From contig CALLAU010000087.1 of the NCBI GenBank assembly GCA_938002015.1, positions 9,920-73,919 of the forward strand: a stretch of 64,000 nucleotides of DNA, written 5' to 3'. Below the pieces are notes generated by a model. It was not told the origin of the DNA and searched no databases. It saw nothing but the letters and a program-made list of their open reading frames with translations. This document shows positions 63,727 through 64,000 of the stretch, one piece after another. Both the position numbers and the translations under genes were made by a program. The DNA comes from an uncultured Bdellovibrionales bacterium (GTDB taxonomy: Bacteria > Bdellovibrionota > Bdellovibrionia > Bdellovibrionales > UBA1609). Every line of letters begins with the position of its first letter. Positions within the stretch are counted from its first letter, which is position 1.

Positions 63727-64000
63727 TTAAATTGAAAAGTTGAATATGTCTTTATCAAAATGGTTATAATCTTCATACTCCACAAGTTCATAAAGACGTT
63801 TTCTGTGTTGCATTTTATCTAATAAATGCTCTTGAGTTCCCTTATCTTTAATATCTCTAAGCGCTGTTTCAACAGCTCCCATAGCAAGTCTTAAAGTAGT
63901 TACTGGATAAATAACCATGTTATAGCCTAAATCTTCAAGTTGCTTTTTTGATAAAAGGTCTGATTTTCCAAACTCAGTCATATTAGCTAAAAGCGGAACG
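63727..64000 (-). CDS. prpB: Methylisocitrate lyase, C-terminal part (gene continues beyond the window end)
   Basis: The frame stays open to the window edge (VPLLANMTEFGKS...). LANMTEFGK, MVIYPVT and GTQEHLLDKMQHRKRLYELVEYEDY parallel E. coli PrpB. Confidence 0.8.
   Translation of the reverse strand, partial: VPLLANMTEFGKSDLLSKKQLEDLGYNMVIYPVTTLRLAMGAVETALRDIKDKGTQEHLLDKMQHRKRLYELVEYEDYNHFDKDIFNFSI

Noticed and set aside
1-64000. Search for CRISPR arrays, transposases, integrases, phage structural genes, reverse transcriptases and toxin-antitoxin pairs
   Set aside because: No regularly spaced direct repeats and no ORF with recombinase, transposase or RT motifs were seen. The only repeats are short dyads and intragenic protein repeats. 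This was visual inspection only, so very degenerate elements could be missed.

Overview
AT-rich, densely coding bacterial chromosomal window with about 65 CDS and one tRNA. GC looks roughly mid-30s % by eye; I did not compute it. I found no rRNA, CRISPR array, transposase, integrase or prophage module. The many signal-peptide proteins, a subtilisin, an S1 protease, endonuclease I, sigma-54 regulation and the compact housekeeping enzymes fit a Bdellovibrio-like predatory lineage (Bacteriovoracaceae/Halobacteriovorax-like). That placement is inference only.

Recognisable housekeeping content:
- nth, elbB and a short-type citrate synthase.
- A 9-kb menaquinone supercluster: polyprenyl synthase, hotdog thioesterase, menE-menC-menA-menH-menD-menF, and divergent DAHP synthase plus ubiE. 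It has no menB.
- ileS-lspA-lgt.
- A histidine kinase / sigma-54 response regulator / GreA-like operon.
- dinB, a giant PBP1A, a subtilisin and tRNA-Met(CAT).
- The rpsU-yqeY-dnaG-rpoD operon, tadA, purT, endonuclease I, a Pif1-like helicase, and prpC plus partial prpB.

Candidates for undescribed biology, all hypotheses from motifs read by eye:
1. An uninterrupted minus-strand block at 54770..62019. It holds a membrane-tailed HerA/FtsK-like ATPase, a DTW protein, a PEGA/TPR lipoprotein, a MotB/OmpA-like peptidoglycan anchor, a bitopic membrane protein with a FliG_C-like tail, an outer-membrane barrel and a mini-metzincin lipoprotein. Together these look like a possible ATPase-powered trans-envelope machine.
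2. A Tat-signal DUF1552-like / CxxCH DUF1588-like / lipoprotein triad at 48225..52055.
3. A secreted endonuclease I translationally overlapped with a Pif1-like helicase.
4. A membrane-embedded MutS paralogue.
5. Two apparently catalytically dead enzyme relics: a PilT-like core and a SpoIIE-like domain.
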